Shown: piece by piece, positions 24,900 to 38,925 of the stretch
How the letters are laid out: the number at the start of each line of letters is the position of its first letter
Position numbering within the stretch: position 1 is the first letter of the stretch
The notes under the pieces: generated by a model
Seen by the model: the letters and a program-made list of their open reading frames with translations, nothing else
What the model was told of the DNA's origin: nothing
Databases searched by the model: none
Assembly (NCBI GenBank): GCA_964658305.1
Contig: OZ210885.1
Location: 11,718,001-11,782,000, forward strand
From: Leptogorgia sarmentosa
Lineage: Eukaryota
Direction of reading: 5' to 3'
DNA: 64,000 nt
Translations under genes and position numbers: made by a program

Positions 24900-25308
24900 G
24901 TGTGGAATTTGTCTGATGGCAGTGTGATCAATGAAATTGATATCTATGGCACACCTGAGATTGTTCGCTTTAGTTCTGATGGTTTGCAAGTTATAATTGG
25001 ATGCAAAGATAACTGTGTGTTCATCTGGGACTGGCAAAAGCCTGATGCGTCTTTGAAAGAAGTCATTTTACCCGCGTCCTACACAGTGGGAATAGCATGC
25101 GATCGCAACATGATTTACACATGCAGCGGGGATATGCATATTTGTGAAATCAATCTCGACTCACTACAAGTATCGACTGTTCGTCAAAGGTCGAGCGTCC
25201 CACCAGTAATATCACCCGACGGCAAAATAGTATTACTTGGGTCGCTTCAGAATAATGTGTTTTTCCACGGGAAACTGTCAACAGATAGTTGGGTCGACCA
25301 TAATGCAG
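24900..25308 (+). CDS. WD40-repeat protein exon (phase 0-1)
   Basis: tttcaag|gtgtgg..gcag|gtgggt. Encodes FSSDGLQVIIGCKDNCVFIWD. Confidence 0.88.
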
Positions 25309-27114
25309 GTGGGTAAATGAAGGAATATTTGAAACTTCTAAATACTTTTAAGTCATTGATGCGACTACAGGGTATTGTACTATCTTTATACACGCAAAAT
25401 TTATGTTTGTGAAATATCCGTTTTGATTGACAATATATTTCTCCCAAAAAACCAGTGCATTCAAATTACTATTGGATTCGATTTAAGAAATTGTTATGGC
25501 TTCACACGCTATTTTCTGATTACGAACAATACAATGAAAACGTTTTCATCGCGAGTATCTACAAGCTGATATGCATTATTTAGGTCGTGTTGCATGTAGA
25601 GAAAGAACACCAAAACTACAAGATTGCTGTGATATATAGAAATCCTATAGGATTTGCAGCACATCGTTGCTGCGGTGAATGTAAATCTCAATGCATTTTT
25701 AGCTGATCAAGAATTTTTTCCCGTCATCCTTTTCAATTTATTTGCATTATATATTATGTATATTTTGACCTTATCAAGATTAATTCAGTTATCTCACTGT
25801 TTGGAAGTGCTATAAAGGACCCCAACTACGAGCCATAATTCTGTAATTCCAGTCATTTTTGACGCCTATATTGTATTTCCTGGGTCATCCTGGTGTTAAA
25901 AATGCGGGATCCAGTTAAAAATAAATTATCCATTCGATTTTCAGTGATGAGTTTGACCGTCTACGATTTCCATTATCGCGCAACTTACCTTAATCCTTAA
26001 ACTGCATGTCTGCATTGTTCGTAAAACTGCATGTTGACGATCTGCTACTGAAAACAATGCGATCTTAGAAAAAAAGAAAAAACGTAATTGTATGTAATTT
26101 GTCCCATTTGTTAAAGATCTGGGTGTAACAGAGTGTATTTGTCTGAACCTGCTCGTCATGCAATGATTCACGACAAAACTAAGTATATAAAGATTTTATA
26201 TAAAGACAAGATGGACTATTAGGACAGATTTTATATAAATTGGCTCCAAACCTATATTAAGACGTATTTCTTATTCCATGACATTATTTTCATTGAATAT
26301 AAACATCTCAAACAAGTTTATGAATGCAAAACAATCCGGTTAACAATTGACGTGCAGTTGTCTTGGAAAAATAAACTGAAACTATTTGCCAAAAGGTAAC
26401 CGCGTGATTTACTGCTGGTTAACCGTTTCTTTACCACAATATCCTTATTTTGATATATAACGCTATTGTTAGTCCGCAGCCAGAATTCGCGGACATTTCA
26501 GCCCGCGCTATCTTCCCAGCGGCTGTACGAACAATGTCCTCAGAATTCATCAATACCCCCCGATTTTCCTCAGCGTTTTCTCATCAAAATCAAAATGCCA
26601 AAAACAGCTGGTACTGAGAAACATAGTCCAACTGTCGAAACCATCTAAATCATCCGACTTTTTTCAACAAGCATCTCTCCTCGTAAGGGGTCTCAGCCAT
26701 TCTGAATTTAAATTTTCACGCGTTGCTTTTTGGCAAAGCGCGTTTGCTGATGAATAGAGTCTCGGACTCACGACAAATCTATAGGAAAAGGCTGCACCTC
26801 GAGAAAAATTCTTTCTCGCTCCACATTTTGGTACCAAACACGGCATATTATGCATTTTACTCTTGGGACATATTGGTGAACGATAAACTTCAGTTCAATA
26901 CTAAACGTACACGACTGTTCCGATAACACAGTGGACTTAATTGATTTTGTAACTTGAAAAAGCAAAGTGGCTATAGATCGTCAAAACATCCAAGATGATG
27001 AAACGAATTCAAAACCTACTCGTTCAAGCTAAAAGATTCCAACAATGATCGATTGCTGTCTGATTATCGTGAAATTTGAATTTCAAGCTTATCTTTTCGA
27101 AAAATATGCTGTTC

Positions 27115-27627
27115 CACCCGTTAAACAAAGACCTCAACGGGTAGTACCCGATATTTCTCAATTGAGAACATGGGTAGTGCCCACGCTGGACTATCGTCTA
27201 AGTAGCCTGGCCTGGTAAATTATGAACAGTGATTCCCCGGGTCTATAATCATATGCATTTAGCCAGGCCAGAGTGGTGAACAGCGAGCTCGATTTAGCTC
27301 AAGTGGTAAGGCGCGGGGCGTGCGTTGCAGTTCTATAGTTCAAGCCCCGGTTCGACACATTTTTTCAGCGTTAGTGATGAAAACTTTTTTTTCCTCAATA
27401 TTATTCTGACCACAATGGTCAGGGTTAGGATTCTAGGGTTTGGGTTGGGATTAAGGAAATTCTTAGTATATAGAAAAATGGTTTATATCTAACACTATAT
27501 AACTATATCAAGAGTAATACTGAAACGCCGATCAGCAAGCTTAGGCGATAGTCCAGCGTGGGCATTACCCGTGTTCTCAATTGAGAAATATTGGGTACTA
27601 CCCGTTGAGGTCTTTGTTCAACGGCTG
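27115..27627. mobile_element. TIR element with ~88-bp arms and 7-bp TSD
   Basis: gctgttc at 27108-27114 and 27628-27634. Arms ccgttaaacaaagacctcaacgggtagtaccc.. / ..gggtactacccgttgaggtctttgttcaacgg. Confidence 0.8.
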
Positions 27628-27793
27628 GCTGTTCCCCCATTAAAATTATAAGTTAACTTCTTTGGGTATTACTCGCAAAAAGCAGGGCCCGGTGTAAAAG
27701 TTTATGGTAATTTGTGTTATTCGCTGACTTGACACACTATTAGCTGATATACTTAAAAACTTCAAATGACTTTAAACGTTTTACTTCTTTCAG

Positions 27794-28398
27794 ATCACCC
27801 TGACGACTCGATAGTTACAGCAATTGATGTCACATCAAATGGGAAATTTGCTCTGTCTGGAAGCAGTTCAGGAACATTGTCACTGGTGGACCTAGAGAGT
27901 TCTAAAATTGTTCAAACCTTCGCAAAGACCGAATCTGGAGTCGCCGTACGTTTTGTCTGCGTATTAAGTGATGATGTCCGTTTCGTTTTTGTTGACGAGG
28001 CAAACAGGATCGAACTAAGAACTTTTAATGATACCGAGGCCAGCATTAATTTAGGTCATCCCGATGTTAAAGTCACCTGCATTACTGCTCTTGGTTCAAA
28101 CTATGCATTGCTTGGTTGTGATGACGGAGAACTGTTATGGTTTCATCTTAACAATAAGTCGCAGTTGAAATTCCCAGCACACGAGGATGCCATTTCTCAA
28201 GTTAAAAGCGAGGTAGGAGATCATGATCGTTCACGTCGCTTTGCATCAGGGTGTATCGGTGGGTCTATGAAGCTTTGGAATGTTGAAGAAAACTTGCCGA
28301 CGTTAATATGGTCACATGACAACATTTGTTCGGATTCCATTACCGCGTTAGAATTCGTGCCCCGCTCGGATGATATCATAATTGCTTCTGACGACAAG
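27794..28398 (+). CDS. WD40-repeat protein exon (phase 1-0)
   Basis: ctttcag|at..aag|gtatgt. Encodes ALSGSSSGTLSLVD and FASGCIGGSMKLWN. Confidence 0.9.
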
Positions 28399-29204
28399 GT
28401 ATGTAGATCATTTTCCAAACGAGATTGTCAAATGTTATTTTTGCAGCGTGTTACTTGTTGTATTAGGTTGAGATGCAATTCAAATTTCGTGATGTCTCTT
28501 TACGGACAAGATTATCAAACGTTATTTTAGGGCTTACATAATACTTGTTGTAGGTTGAGCTGCAATTGAAATTTCATGACGTAAAACAGCACATGCACAT
28601 ACACATTATGAAGGGTTTCTAGAATTATTGCAAATTAACTTCGTCCCAATCTTCATTTTGAAAATTGGGAGGCAAATTCGGAAAGAAATCCCCATTGTTC
28701 AAACCATATTTGAAAGAACTCAACCAAACGAATAGTTTTTTTCTTGCTGGATGTTTGTTACATTACCAGAAATGTGCGAGACGCAATAACCCTAAGCTAT
28801 AATTAAGAAACCGAATTCTAATATGCATTATTAAGGAAATCCATACTATTTTGTGCCAAATGACAGTAAAACCTTAATCGTTAAACTATGCGAAGGCAGT
28901 TCTTTTTCAAATATATATTTGCGAATAACATGGGCTAGCAATAGAGTGATCAGGTTAAAACAAATTTCTCATTATACGATAAATAACATTTTCTACGGAA
29001 AAGAAGCTTCTATGTCAGGGCATACACCGAACAAATTTCGAGATGCGAAGTCACCACAACTTCTTTTTCCCACCATCATGTGCTTTTTGTATAAAATACA
29101 TTTTCAGAACAGTAAAATAACTTTGCCGAGTCCTAAAGCTGTCGTAAATTGGCGAGGTTTTGGTAGATTCTACTCGCAAAGGTTGTTTCCTACTTAACAA
29201 TTAA

Positions 29205-29575
29205 TCACCTACGATGATATAAAATAGAAATTCCATTTTCATGATCGTGCGATGGAACCATGCAAATATTTCTTTCCATTGCATGGTGGTTTTAATTAAT
29301 TTCAATCACTCAAAATGTTATTTTCGCACGCATTTAAAGGCGAATCCATGAACGTGGCGCGACCATGTAGCAATGGAATTTTATTTAGTAAACTAACAAA
29401 ACAAAATGTCGGGTATTTCCGGTCAATGATTTATTTTGGTGTCATGTAAAAGAAATAATGAATGTTCATTTCGTGCAATGGTGAGAATATTTTCATTCGG
29501 TGAAAAATGGAATGTTCCATTCAACTCGGCGAATATTCTTACCATTGCACTCATAAACATTCATTATTTGTATAA
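29205..29575 (-). mobile_element. GA-hairpin element C, second copy with apex deletion
   Basis: Near-identical to 17110-17512 but lacks ~42 nt at 29530/29531. Confidence 0.75.
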
Positions 29576-31773
29576 CATACTATTACTAATAGTATAGTAA
29601 ACATTAACCCTAACAGTAAACCTTCACCCTAAGTAACTAGCGTGCTGTTGCTTTTTAGAGAACGGGACATAAACAATGTGCGCACTGAATCGCATTTTTT
29701 ATTATTATGTAGAGCTTGCGATTAAAAACCGAGATATAAACGTGGTAAACTTAATCGGTAATAATTTTCACTTCGTACATGATCGTATCACGAAGGCTGT
29801 CACGCGCGTGCTTTCTGAATACTCAGGTATATCACATTTCACTTCGTGTCATCGTATTGCGAAAAAATGTATCTTGCCCAGGCTTTTTAAAAACTCGGAT
29901 ACATTACATTACGTGATCATTTTGACTTCGTATCATCGTATGACGATAACAAGTCACTGTTTCAAAAGTGGACGAGTATTCTATAACCCCCCGGGATTTT
30001 AAAGTTTGAGCACACCGGCAGCACCTTCCTTGCGATAGTAACTCCTAGTTAGCACGCAATATGGTGTAACTGAGCTAAAAACATATTGACGGATTTTGGC
30101 GTTATCACTGCGCCATTCGCGATTCGTTCTGTCGAGGGTCTTCGCTAGTGGCCACTGCTCAATTTTAAGTTTAATCCCCCTTCTTTATGCAAAGATTTTA
30201 ATAATTTAGCTGCATGTTTTATGCGCCGTAGTTTTCGATTTTTGGTACATCTGGAACTCAATTTATTTTAAAATCTAAGGCACGTTAATTAAAAATAGCT
30301 CTCACAAAAAAAACGAAGATAATTGATGCGATTTGATTTAATCGGGTCAATAACGGAGAATAGGTTATAATATCGAGCTTCGAAAAATTTGGTGCACGCT
30401 GATATGAGCCACAGAGATGTCCGAAAACTTTTTCGCTGTTTCCTGAGTGATGAGCAATTAATTTTATGCATGCTCGGATGTTTGCCTAAATAACAACAGA
30501 AAATACGCAATCCTATTCTCAAAAGACCCTATCAAGAGAAGACACGCTTAAATGAATACAAGAAAGAGCTTTTGATTATGGTTATGGATATAAAGTTTTC
30601 TAGAAGAAAGGATGGCGCAAGTAAAAATGAATGACAGTCAATCATCCAAAATATCTTGCCCACCAGAAGTCATAAACTCAATTATGAATTCCAATTTTGC
30701 TCCATGGCATGGATTGAAAATGTTTATTTTCTGATGAATGTAATGTCTGTTTGATTCCTGATAAGCCTAAATAGAAAGTAGAGTGTAGATGTACAGGTAT
30801 TGCATGTGGTCTTAATATTATAATAGTATAACATGCAAGATCAAGATCTGTTGAAATTGCTCGAATGTCCATACTTGGGAAAAGACAAAATTCAGGATTT
30901 AGTATTGTCAGGTCCTCATGCGTGTATTTTATTTAATGATGGCTTTCACTATGAAGCGAATTATATTAATTGACGAATCTGCCTAATTGTTCACCTGTAA
31001 CCTTCATTGCATGCGTAGCAACTTAGCCCGGTGCGCAATAAGGATTTTTTAGCAAGGGCATAATAGACATGACCATTGTGAATAGAGTTGATTTCCATGT
31101 TAGTATTGATTTTAGTCAATTACGTTGACGCTGATTGGCCGAACGTTAAAAATTGGAAAAACAACCTTGTAAAACAACGTTAACATTTTTTGGTTTTCTT
31201 AATTTTTGTTTGACTTTGCGCACTGTGTAACTGTGTGATATACAAGTGACGCTATTAGTAAATTACATTTGCTCGCAAAGTATTCATGAAAAATTGCACC
31301 CGTGTTTTGCAAAATTGTACTCGTTTTCCGCGCATATTGCAATAATTTAGCAAGAATTGTTCTAATAAACGTGAATGATGAAATTTACATTTGCATTGTA
31401 ATTACGAAGCGCAACACTTCATTTAGGTTTACACACATAAAGGACAGTTTACTTGATAGATCGTCCGTGAATTTACTGTTAAAAAGTGAGGGGATAACAC
31501 ATCCATACCCTCAGCCGAAAAAGTAGGTCACGTGTTTTACCCCACCCCCCAACTCTCCATGATTTACACCCTTGCCTTCATTCATTTAAAATACCTATAT
31601 TATGTAAAAGAAATTCAAGAATTTCGATTCTGAAAATTACGCGTCCGAATCGGAATTACTAATTAAAAATACATAATGATAAGCATTTATAACTGAGTAA
31701 CATTTTGTGAATTGGCGAGAAAATATTTAATGCAAGGACGTTATATTGAGCAGTTTTTTGATAATTTTGACAG

Positions 31774-32020
31774 ATTGATCAGGTAAATACAAATGGAGTC
31801 GTGCATAGTTACGAATACCCCTCCATTGGGAGAATCCAAACAATTCGCGTGGTCCACAACTATCTTCTTTGTGTTCACAAGAAGGCAGTATATGGTACTG
31901 TAGCTGAAGAGGAAATCACAAAGTGGAACTTGAACGAAACCGAGGAAGATAGCAGCAGTGGTTTCTATAGAGAGAAAGTTATAAGAATTAACAATTCTGG
32001 CAACCTTGTGGCTATATCAG
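31774..32020 (+). CDS. WD40-repeat protein exon (phase 0-1)
   Basis: ttgacag|att..tcag|gtaaat. Open frame, and phases match both neighbouring exons. Confidence 0.8.
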
Positions 32021-32274
32021 GTAAATGATTTCATTGTTATTATTTTATTTTCTAATCTCAATTGCACAAGGTGTGATCAAGTAATTCATGGAGTATTAGC
32101 TGAGGGTTGGAGTGAATAACATTGGAAAACTAGAAGAAAAACATTAGTATAGCCTTAGGGGCCGATTACATGGAGCATTTTCAACCCCGGGGGTTGAAGT
32201 CAGGCCTGTTGACAGGGCTGAAAATTCATCCCTGCCTCCATTGTAAACCCCTATTAAAAAGCACACGCGATTAC

Positions 32275-33313
32275 CAACCTCGTACCCAGGCTCTCTCCTC
32301 ATAACCCCAAGGGGAGGAGAGACCCTGGTTGCGGCTGGTCACGTGACTGGCGAATAATTAGCTGCCTTAGGAGGTGACGGAAGAGTGTCATGTTACATGC
32401 TTCCAGTTGGCGTACTTTTCCTGTCGCGTTGCGCCATGCTGGACTACATTGTGTTTTTGTCTTGCTTGGAGTTTGCCGTTTTAAATAGTTTCTATGATGA
32501 GATTTTCTTAAAACCGAAGCAAGTTGTTTGCCTCGATAGCATGTATTTGCCAACGGGCTATGGCAAATCTTTGGTTTTCAATCTTCTGCTAATGTTATTG
32601 TTTACGCGAGAGGCAGAATTTGCACTGATTTGCTTGGTTGGAAGTCAAAACATATTGCTACCGCCGCAGTTTCCTCGATTGTTATGGTTGTATCACCATT
32701 AACTTAAATTCGCTGATGACTGACCAAGTTTCCAGTTTATATGCGAGTGGTATTCGGGCGTCGGTTATCGATGTTAGCAAACAAACGAGACACTCACTGC
32801 CGTAAACACTATCGGCGTTGCGTAAAATTACTCGATTCAAATCCCCAAATAAATTTTTACAATGTTTCGGATCCCCAACAGAATAATAAAGTCTGCAACG
32901 CGAGATAACCGTCGATACAGATATACTTTTGTAGATTTTCTTCAGCGTGCCTCCGCTAGTAGCCATCCAGGAGAACTGAATGAATATTCTTTTGAAATTT
33001 GACCTAACCCCATGCTTAAAATGTAATTCGATGCTTCGTTTGTTCGAGGTCATGACGTTAATTATGTAATTGAATTGCAATGGTATTATATTCGATTCCT
33101 TTGAAATATTTTATGAGCGCAACATACAATTTCATGATTTTCAATTCTGATTCATGAAGATTTTCTAACACAGTACATACACGCTCCTCTACCACCCCTT
33201 CCTAAGTGTACAAATCAATTAAGCACCCAGAACCTGGGTGCCACGTGACCAGCCGCAACCAGGGTCTCTCCTGCCCTTGGCGTTATGAGGAGAGAGCACG
33301 AGGTACGAGGTTG
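32275..33313. mobile_element. Internally deleted AcademH-type element
   Basis: 10-bp TSD acgcgattac (32265-32274, 33314-33323). ~73-bp TIR CAACCTCG..CGAGGTTG. + strand RecQ remnants (LKPKQ, LPTGYGKSL, VVSPL..NSLMTDQV). Confidence 0.82.
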
Positions 33314-33583
33314 ACGCGATTACATGAGAAAAGTTTCAACCCAAGGCCGAGTTCAACCCCGGGGTTGAAATTTCAACCCTGTTTGGCACACCTGGGATGA
33401 AACTTCAACCCTGGGACACCCTAGTCTCCCTCGCAGCCGCTCTTCGTGTCGTCGCTCCGCCTCCTCCCCGCGAGCGGCTGCTTACCCGAGCCGTACATTC
33501 CTTTCCACATATTAGCCAATCACAGATCGGTTCTTAAAAATCGAGAACCCTTCGCGCTAAATTATATATTCCATAATAACAAA

Positions 33584-36500
33584 ATGGCGTCGCTCGAGAA
33601 ACTTGACGAAGTATTCGCAGACATTGCCGTGCAATTTAATATATTGGAGCTAAATCGGTATCAAAGAGATGCCATCACGAATTTTGTTAACGGAAATAAC
33701 GATTTGTTCATCAATTTGCCAACCGGTTGTGGTAAATCGATGATTTATCAGTCCATGCCTTCTGTGTTTGATGCTTTAAATGAAGCACCCGGTCACGTAG
33801 TGGCAGTTGTGTCTCCGTTGGTGAATTTAATGGGCAGATCAAGTCAGTTTCCTTAACAGCGTTGGTGTTCACTCTATCAGCCTCACTGACATTGAACAGG
33901 AAGCAACTAAATTGCTTCTAGAGGGAGGAAAATTCTCAGTTGTTTATGGGACACCCGAAGCATGGCTTTTGAACGACCGCTGGAGATCTATGTTAAATAA
34001 CTCTACTTATTCAACCAAACTGTGTGCTTTGGCCGTCGACGAAGCTCATGTCATTAAACAGTGGTAAGTACTACGTTTGCCCAAATAGGGTCTGTCAGTT
34101 CAGGCACTGTATTATATGTGTACTGAATTTCAATTTGCTATGACGTGCCTTTACCTAACACTAACAGTTTTTAATGATCTGTGATATATTCTTTTTCAGG
34201 GGTACGTCGCAGGCAGCATTTAGGCATTGTTACTCTCGGTTACATGAATTGAGAACTCTTGCACCGAATGTCAAGATGTTAGCTTTAACTGCAACTGCCA
34301 CTGAGTCCACAAGAGATGTCATACTTGTTGCAAAGAAGGAACATTGTGACAGGACAATTATCTACTGTCAAACAATAAAACAATGTGGATTGTTGTATGC
34401 AATCATGAAAGGAATGCTTGGGACTCAGATGTATGTTGGGTCACATGCCAGTAATTGTTTAATTGAAATGCTTCACTCATGCACACCAGAATCAAACAAG
34501 TAAAATGTGTTGAAGTCATTTAGTGATGAAAATGGAACTATCCGTCTGTTGATAGCTACAATAGCATTTGGAATGGGTGTGGATTGTAAGGCAGTTAAGA
34601 GGGTTATTCATTTTGAACCCTCAAAAAATATTGAGTCATATGCCCAAGAAACTGGACGAGATGGGAGTCAATCGACTGCAATTTTACTGTACAATGGAAT
34701 ACTATTGAGCCATGTTGAAAGAAATATTAGGTCATATATCAAAAGTAATGAATGTAGACGCGAAACACTTCTAAAGTATTTTCAAGCTACATTTAGCCCA
34801 GTCTTTCCCAGTCATCTATGTTGTGATATTTGTGCCTCAAAATGTAGTTGTGGATTACCAGAGTGTCAAGAAAGTGCTGCTTTTCCAACAGAAGCTGCAA
34901 AGAAACAGTGCTATGTCCCACACAGGTCAAGACAAGTATCACCACAGCAAATAAAGATGGTTCAAAATGAGTTGAATGTATATCATAAAGAACTAGCCAC
35001 AAAACTTTTGTGCATTTCCGGAAAGCAAAACCTGACAGTCCTTACTGATATCTCCTTTGTGATTGGATTTGCAGACATTCAGATCCAGCAGACCACAGAT
35101 AACTTAGAGCACCTGTTCGTTTTACAAGATGTGTGCAACTTTGTTGAAATATGGGACATAGGACATGCTCATAAAATTTTGCAAGTAGTTGACAAAGTGT
35201 TTAAAGATCTGGATCCTGATACCTGGTCTGAAAATGCTGGGCAGTTAGAAATGGATGATCTGTGGTTTAAAGAATGGGAAACAATTAGCCTTTCTCACGC
35301 TACGCAACCAGGCCTTCTCTGAGGTTTTTGGGGTACTGAGACGCGCGGGGCCTCAGGACGATAACAAACAAGTTGTACATTTTGCAATCGCTAAAACTGT
35401 ATATTTCGCTGTATTTTTTGCTGTGTTTTCGATATATTCGCTATATTCTTTATTTGTACGGAAAGTATACTACCTTTACTTCATCGTGAACAAATTTAAG
35501 CCTATATTAGTGGAAATTTCTCAGGATAATCGACGGTGACAGTACGCAGCCCTTCGTGGACGACTGCAGGTGAGAAATGTTTTGTTTACTTTTTAGCACG
35601 GTCTTTGGAGCTAAACTATACCTACGTTATTGTCACTACGGTCACAAAAGGTGGCCCTATGTCATCACATAACATTGTTTTGTTGTAATTTGGGAATGAT
35701 ATATCCCTAGCGCAATAAATAAGAGGTTTTTTTCATAAATTTTTACAGATCCTTGATGATCGCCACAAGCTGCAATGCCTGGACGAGTAAAATGTTTCGT
35801 CTCAGGCTGCAGTAATTCGTGGTACAGCAACAGAGATAATGGTTTATAGTAAATCGTATAAAATGTCCATTCCTTGCAATGTGGACAGTTGGACAAAAAC
35901 TAAATGCACTGAATTTTTAAGAACAGTTAAGGGTGCAAAATTGTCAGGCTGCAAGTGCGAGTTAATTTCTTGTGTAAAAGGTTACATTGAACATCCTGAA
36001 ATCTTAGATAACATTCAGAAAGCCCCTGAATCAACAATTACAACAGTGCTTGACATAAACAGCATTAATGAATCGTCTTTGCACTGGAGTAGTGATAAGG
36101 AACACCTACCCTGTGTAACAATTGGTGTAGTGGAGTGTTATGTTAAGACCAGAAGGCAAGCAGCTCAGGCAATGCAAGAGAAAGGTTACAGAATTTTTGC
36201 CTCTCGTAGAATTGTCTCAGTTCAGACAGCTAGATTTGGTCAGGACACAGGTCAGGAAAAGTTACTAGTGAAGGCATTTGTTGTACCATTATCTCTGTTG
36301 CTGTACCACGAATTGCTGCAGCCTGAGACGAAACATTTTACTCGTCCAGGCATTGCAGCTTGTGGCGGTCATCAAGGATCTGTAAAAATTTATGAAAAAA
36401 ACCTCTTATTTATTGCGCTAGGGATATATCATTCCCAAATTACAACGAAACAATGTTATGTCATGACATAGGGCCACCTTTTGTGACCGTAGTGACAATA

Positions 36501-37043
36501 GCGTAGGTATAGTTTAGCTCCAAAGACCGTGCTAAAAAGTAAACAAAACATTTCTCACCTGCAGTCGTCCACGAAGGGCTGCGTACTGTCTCCGTCGATT
36601 ATCCTGAGAAATTTCCACTAATATAGGCTTAAATTTGTTCACGATGAAGTAAAGGTGGTATACTTTCCGTACAAATAAAGAATATAGCGAATATATCGAA
36701 AACACAGCAAAAAATACAGCGAAATATACAGTTTTAGCGATTGCAAAATGTACAACTTGTTTGTTATCGTCCTGAGGCCCCGCGCGCCTCAGTACCCCAA
36801 AAACCTCAGAGAAGGCCTGGTTGCGTAGCGTGAGAAAGGCTTATTATTGAAGATCATGATCTTATCAGCCTAACTGTTGATAATTTGTCAACAATTGAAC
36901 ATCCAGATCCAGTGGATCTAAATATATCACAGATTGACAACTTTCTATCTGAGCAAGAAAATGACGACTCTGAAGCCTCAGTTGATGATGATCCTGGTTC
37001 TATTGACAATCTTATACAAGGGATAAACTTTACTGATTGCTAA
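33584..37043 (+). pseudogene. RecQ-like SF2 helicase of AcademH
   Basis: LPTGCGKS, VVSPLVNLM, VDEAH, LTATAT, ATIAFGMGVD, QETGR, CRR..CCDIC. Intron ~34064-34199. Frameshift ~33832, stop 34501-34503, motif VI shortened, insertion 35287-36841. C-terminus 36843-37043. Confidence 0.88.
35287..36841. mobile_element. Foldback element with 557-bp inverted arms and a 441-bp spacer
   Basis: 35287-35843 is the near-perfect reverse complement of 36285-36841. Excision (AT or ATT duplication) restores the helicase frame ..WETIIEDHDL.. Confidence 0.9.
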
Positions 37044-37594
37044 ACATTGGTACTATCTTTTATGCATTTACACAGGAAGTGATTGACTGTGATGGTTTTT
37101 GTGAACACTCAAATCCTTTGTTTCTCTGCTGAAGTGAATAATTGGAGGATATATGAAAAAAAAACAGTTTAAATATTATCAGTAAGTTGATAAGGATTAC
37201 AGTACCATATGTTATAGTAATCTATAATTACAGCTACCAGTTATATATCCCTGCTAAGTATTCGGCCAGTTAGTTCCTCAATAGTTTGGCCTGAATTTTG
37301 AAAACTTGGCTACAGATTTGAAAAGGAATTTAAATGTATATGACTAACTGTCTAAAATTATATAATTACGGCAAGTCAAAATGAAATCTTAGGAGGTTAA
37401 AATATAAACTTTGAACCTGAATTATTTTGTATTGATTACTATCTTTCAACATCTCGGCTAACATTCAACTATATCTGCACAGTATGGTGTATACAGTAAT
37501 TCCAGTACATGCAGTGTATACTAACTATAATTATGTACAGCTGTAATGTGTTTATCTAGCTTTTATACCACGTGAAACATTCTTCTTATGTTTA

Positions 37595-38833
37595 CTAAAT
37601 CCATTTAAACATTTCAGACAAATCTAAATTTTCAAGTCTATTCCTCTGAAATTTGTTAAACTGTGTGTAAGAACGTCCAGTCTGGTGGAGGGTAAAGACA
37701 TCAGCTTCATTTGCTCTCTTTACAAGTTTGGCAATATCCAGGTCAGCAGAACCTCCTCCATGTGAACTGGAACTAACTACACGGTTAATGGATCTGTCAA
37801 TGTTGTCCATGATTGTTCTTGTGGAGCTTTCTGCATTGCAAATCCTTGTTACAGCTTTTTCAGAAACATTTGGGCCTAAATTCTTTATGGCTTGTTTGAG
37901 GAAATTGTTGCTGTGCTCAACATCAAGATCTAATGGAATGTTTTTACCAGGTTTGCAAGAATTGTTCACTGTTCTGTTCCATTTAAATCGTTCACTGTCT
38001 CGCTTTGACAGCAAGGCATGTGTAAGGAAAAACTGGTACAAACATTCTAGTTCATATTTGCTGCTATGGCAACCATCTTGTCTGCAATATAGCATGATGT
38101 ATTTATACTGACGCATGATTCTTTCTCCATCCCCTTCACAAATTGCATCCAGAAAATTGAGAAAAAGGAATCCATCAGCCAATAATGCAGTGTTGTAATT
38201 ATATAAATCATCTTCAGTCGTGGGTTTTGTTGCTGCAGGTCTATCTGGTGACAGTGTTAATGATTGATCAGGCAGCTGGACTGGAGGATCATGTGACAGT
38301 TCATGTTTTCTTCTACTTTCACCATTGTACTTATATGATCTTGTGCAGCCTGTAAATCTACATGGGAAGCGTCCATCAGCTGTAAGCTGTTCTTGATTAA
38401 GTGCATTTTCCTTTTCATGCTGCAAGACTATACCATCAAGCATTCGATTTGCAAATTCTTGATCAAAAATAAACTGGTCGACAATTTTTGCTGAGAGATC
38501 TAACAGGAATTTAAGTCTATCTGATTTACCAAGCAAGTCTAAGTCGTTTGGAATCATAGGATTTTGAGACTTGTCTTCGGTGCTTTTCAAATGGAGAATT
38601 TTCATAGAAGCTGAAATGACTCTGGACTTTAAAACGGCTAGAATGAAGTCCCTGTTGGCTCGATATGCATCATGAGGGTCACTTTTAACATTTCTGCGGT
38701 TAAGGAGCGTCCGGTCAGAGAACATTGTCCATCTGTCACCATCTGACTTGGTGTTATAAAATCTATTATAGATAAGCTAAAAATATGAGAAAAATAATTT
38801 GTGCAAATTAGTAACCAGTAAACAAAATAGCAA

Positions 38834-38925
<92 letters not shown>

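Noticed and set aside
33584..35322. Host RecQ/WRN/BLM gene
   Set aside because: It lies inside TIRs with a TSD, faces a transposase, and is disrupted.
35657..35896. ORF sharing its C-terminus with 35839-36471
   Set aside because: Caused by the inverted arms, not a gene duplication.
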